Assembly: GCA_035540835.1 (NCBI GenBank)
Contig: DATLFU010000023.1
Coordinates: forward strand, 2,228-66,227
Reading direction: 5' to 3'
Origin: Gaiellaceae bacterium
GTDB lineage: Bacteria > Actinomycetota > Thermoleophilia > Gaiellales > Gaiellaceae
DNA: 64,000 bases
Positions within the stretch are counted from its first letter, which is position 1. Each line of letters begins with the position of its first letter. The notes under the pieces are model-generated. The model searched no databases, was not told where the DNA came from, and worked only from the letters and a program-made list of their open reading frames with translations. Made by a program: the position numbers and the translations under genes. Below, piece by piece: positions 63,322 to 64,000 of the stretch.

Positions 63322-64000
63322 TGCTGCACGCGAAGAGCAAGCGCAGGGAGAACGTCGTCGTCCGCGGCGCGCGGGTGCTCGACCCCGCGGCCGGCGTCGA
63401 CGAGGTGATGGACGTCCGCGTCGACTGCGGCGTGATCGCGCAGCTCGGCACCGGGCTCGACACGAACGAGCACCACGTCGTCGAGGCGGAGGGGCTCGTG
63501 CTCGCGCCCGCCTTCGTCGACCCGCACGTCCACCTGCGGGCCCCGGGCCGGGAGGACGAGGAGACGATCGCCTCCGGCACGGCGGCGGCCGCGGCCGGCG
63601 GCTACTGCACGATCCTCGCGATGCCGAACACGGAGCCGGTCGTGGACTCCGCCGCCGTCCTCGGCTCGCTGGTGGACGCCGCCCGCGCGGAGGCGGAGGT
63701 GCCCGCCGGCTTCCTCGCGTCGATCACGAAGGCGCAGGAGGGCGAGGAGCTCGCGGAGCTCGGCGAGCTCGCCGACGCGGGCGCGGTCGGCTTCAGCGAC
63801 GACGGCCGCCCGGTGACCTCGGCGGGGCTGATGCGCCGCGCGCTCCAGTACGCGTCGGTCACCGGCCGCCGGCTCGCGCTCCACTGCGAGGAGCAGACGC
63901 TCTCGCGCTCGGGGCAGATGCACGAGGGCGCCGTCTCGGCCGAGCTCGGCTTCGCGGGCTACCCGTCCGTCGCGGAGAGCCTGATGGTCGAGCGCGACCT
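63321..64000 (+). CDS. pyrC: dihydroorotase (partial, 3' end outside window)
   Basis: ATG at 63321 overlaps the pyrB TGA by 1 nt. LAPAFVDPHVHLRAPG and ILAMPNTEP motifs. The frame is open to the window end and is not in the ORF track. Confidence 0.85.
   Translation, partial: MLHAKSKRRENVVVRGARVLDPAAGVDEVMDVRVDCGVIAQLGTGLDTNEHHVVEAEGLVLAPAFVDPHVHLRAPGREDEETIASGTAAAAAGGYCTILAMPNTEPVVDSAAVLGSLVDAARAEAEVPAGFLASITKAQEGEELAELGELADAGAVGFSDDGRPVTSAGLMRRALQYASVTGRRLALHCEEQTLSRSGQMHEGAVSAELGFAGYPSVAESLMVERD

Overview
Very GC-rich (judged by eye, not computed) chromosomal segment of actinobacterial type. This assignment rests on WhiA, HemQ, GAAC-N4-GTTC LexA boxes, a PyrR leader, many GTG/TTG starts and 1-4 nt gene overlaps. 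All product calls come from motif recognition in the supplied translations; no searches were run.

Layout, left to right:
- GntR-regulated uptake locus: two ketopantoate-reductase paralogs bracketing a LivJGFHM-type ABC transporter, plus an M24 peptidase.
- Peptidases, XdhC and small membrane proteins.
- A large S8 protease, tRNA-Leu, an apparently inactive trypsin-fold protein, Bcp and HemQ.
- uvrC ... pruA / ogt-whiA, then a gap-VOC-pgk-tpiA-gpmI operon.
- An ECF sigma factor convergent with a phosphoesterase / ferritin-like / lipoprotein / Ser-Thr-kinase operon.
- M48 protease, argS, a DMT transporter, glpX, class I fba, an orphan Flp pilin, tRNA-Gly, GNAT, a GerMN lipoprotein and an MFS transporter.
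- An ~8.3-kb integrative island (46242-54582) in the 3' end of tRNA-Arg(CCG).
- dgcA-like epimerase / HIT / DUF1611, a secreted clan-A glycosidase-like paralog, an SOS-boxed LysM gene, rnz, an Erm-like methyltransferase and pyrR-pyrB-pyrC.

The island is bounded by a perfect 27-bp direct repeat. It carries an integrase with an Xis-like ORF, four toxin-antitoxin-like pairs, a decayed IS110 transposase and a cargo module.

The cargo module is the most interesting item. A MauE-like membrane protein, a CxxC thioredoxin-fold protein and a small exported 10-cysteine peptide sit in mauE-mauD-mauA-like order, but without any dehydrogenase genes. They lie next to their own ECF sigma / putative anti-sigma pair.

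Many long ORFs in the track are antisense shadow frames typical of high-GC DNA and were not annotated.
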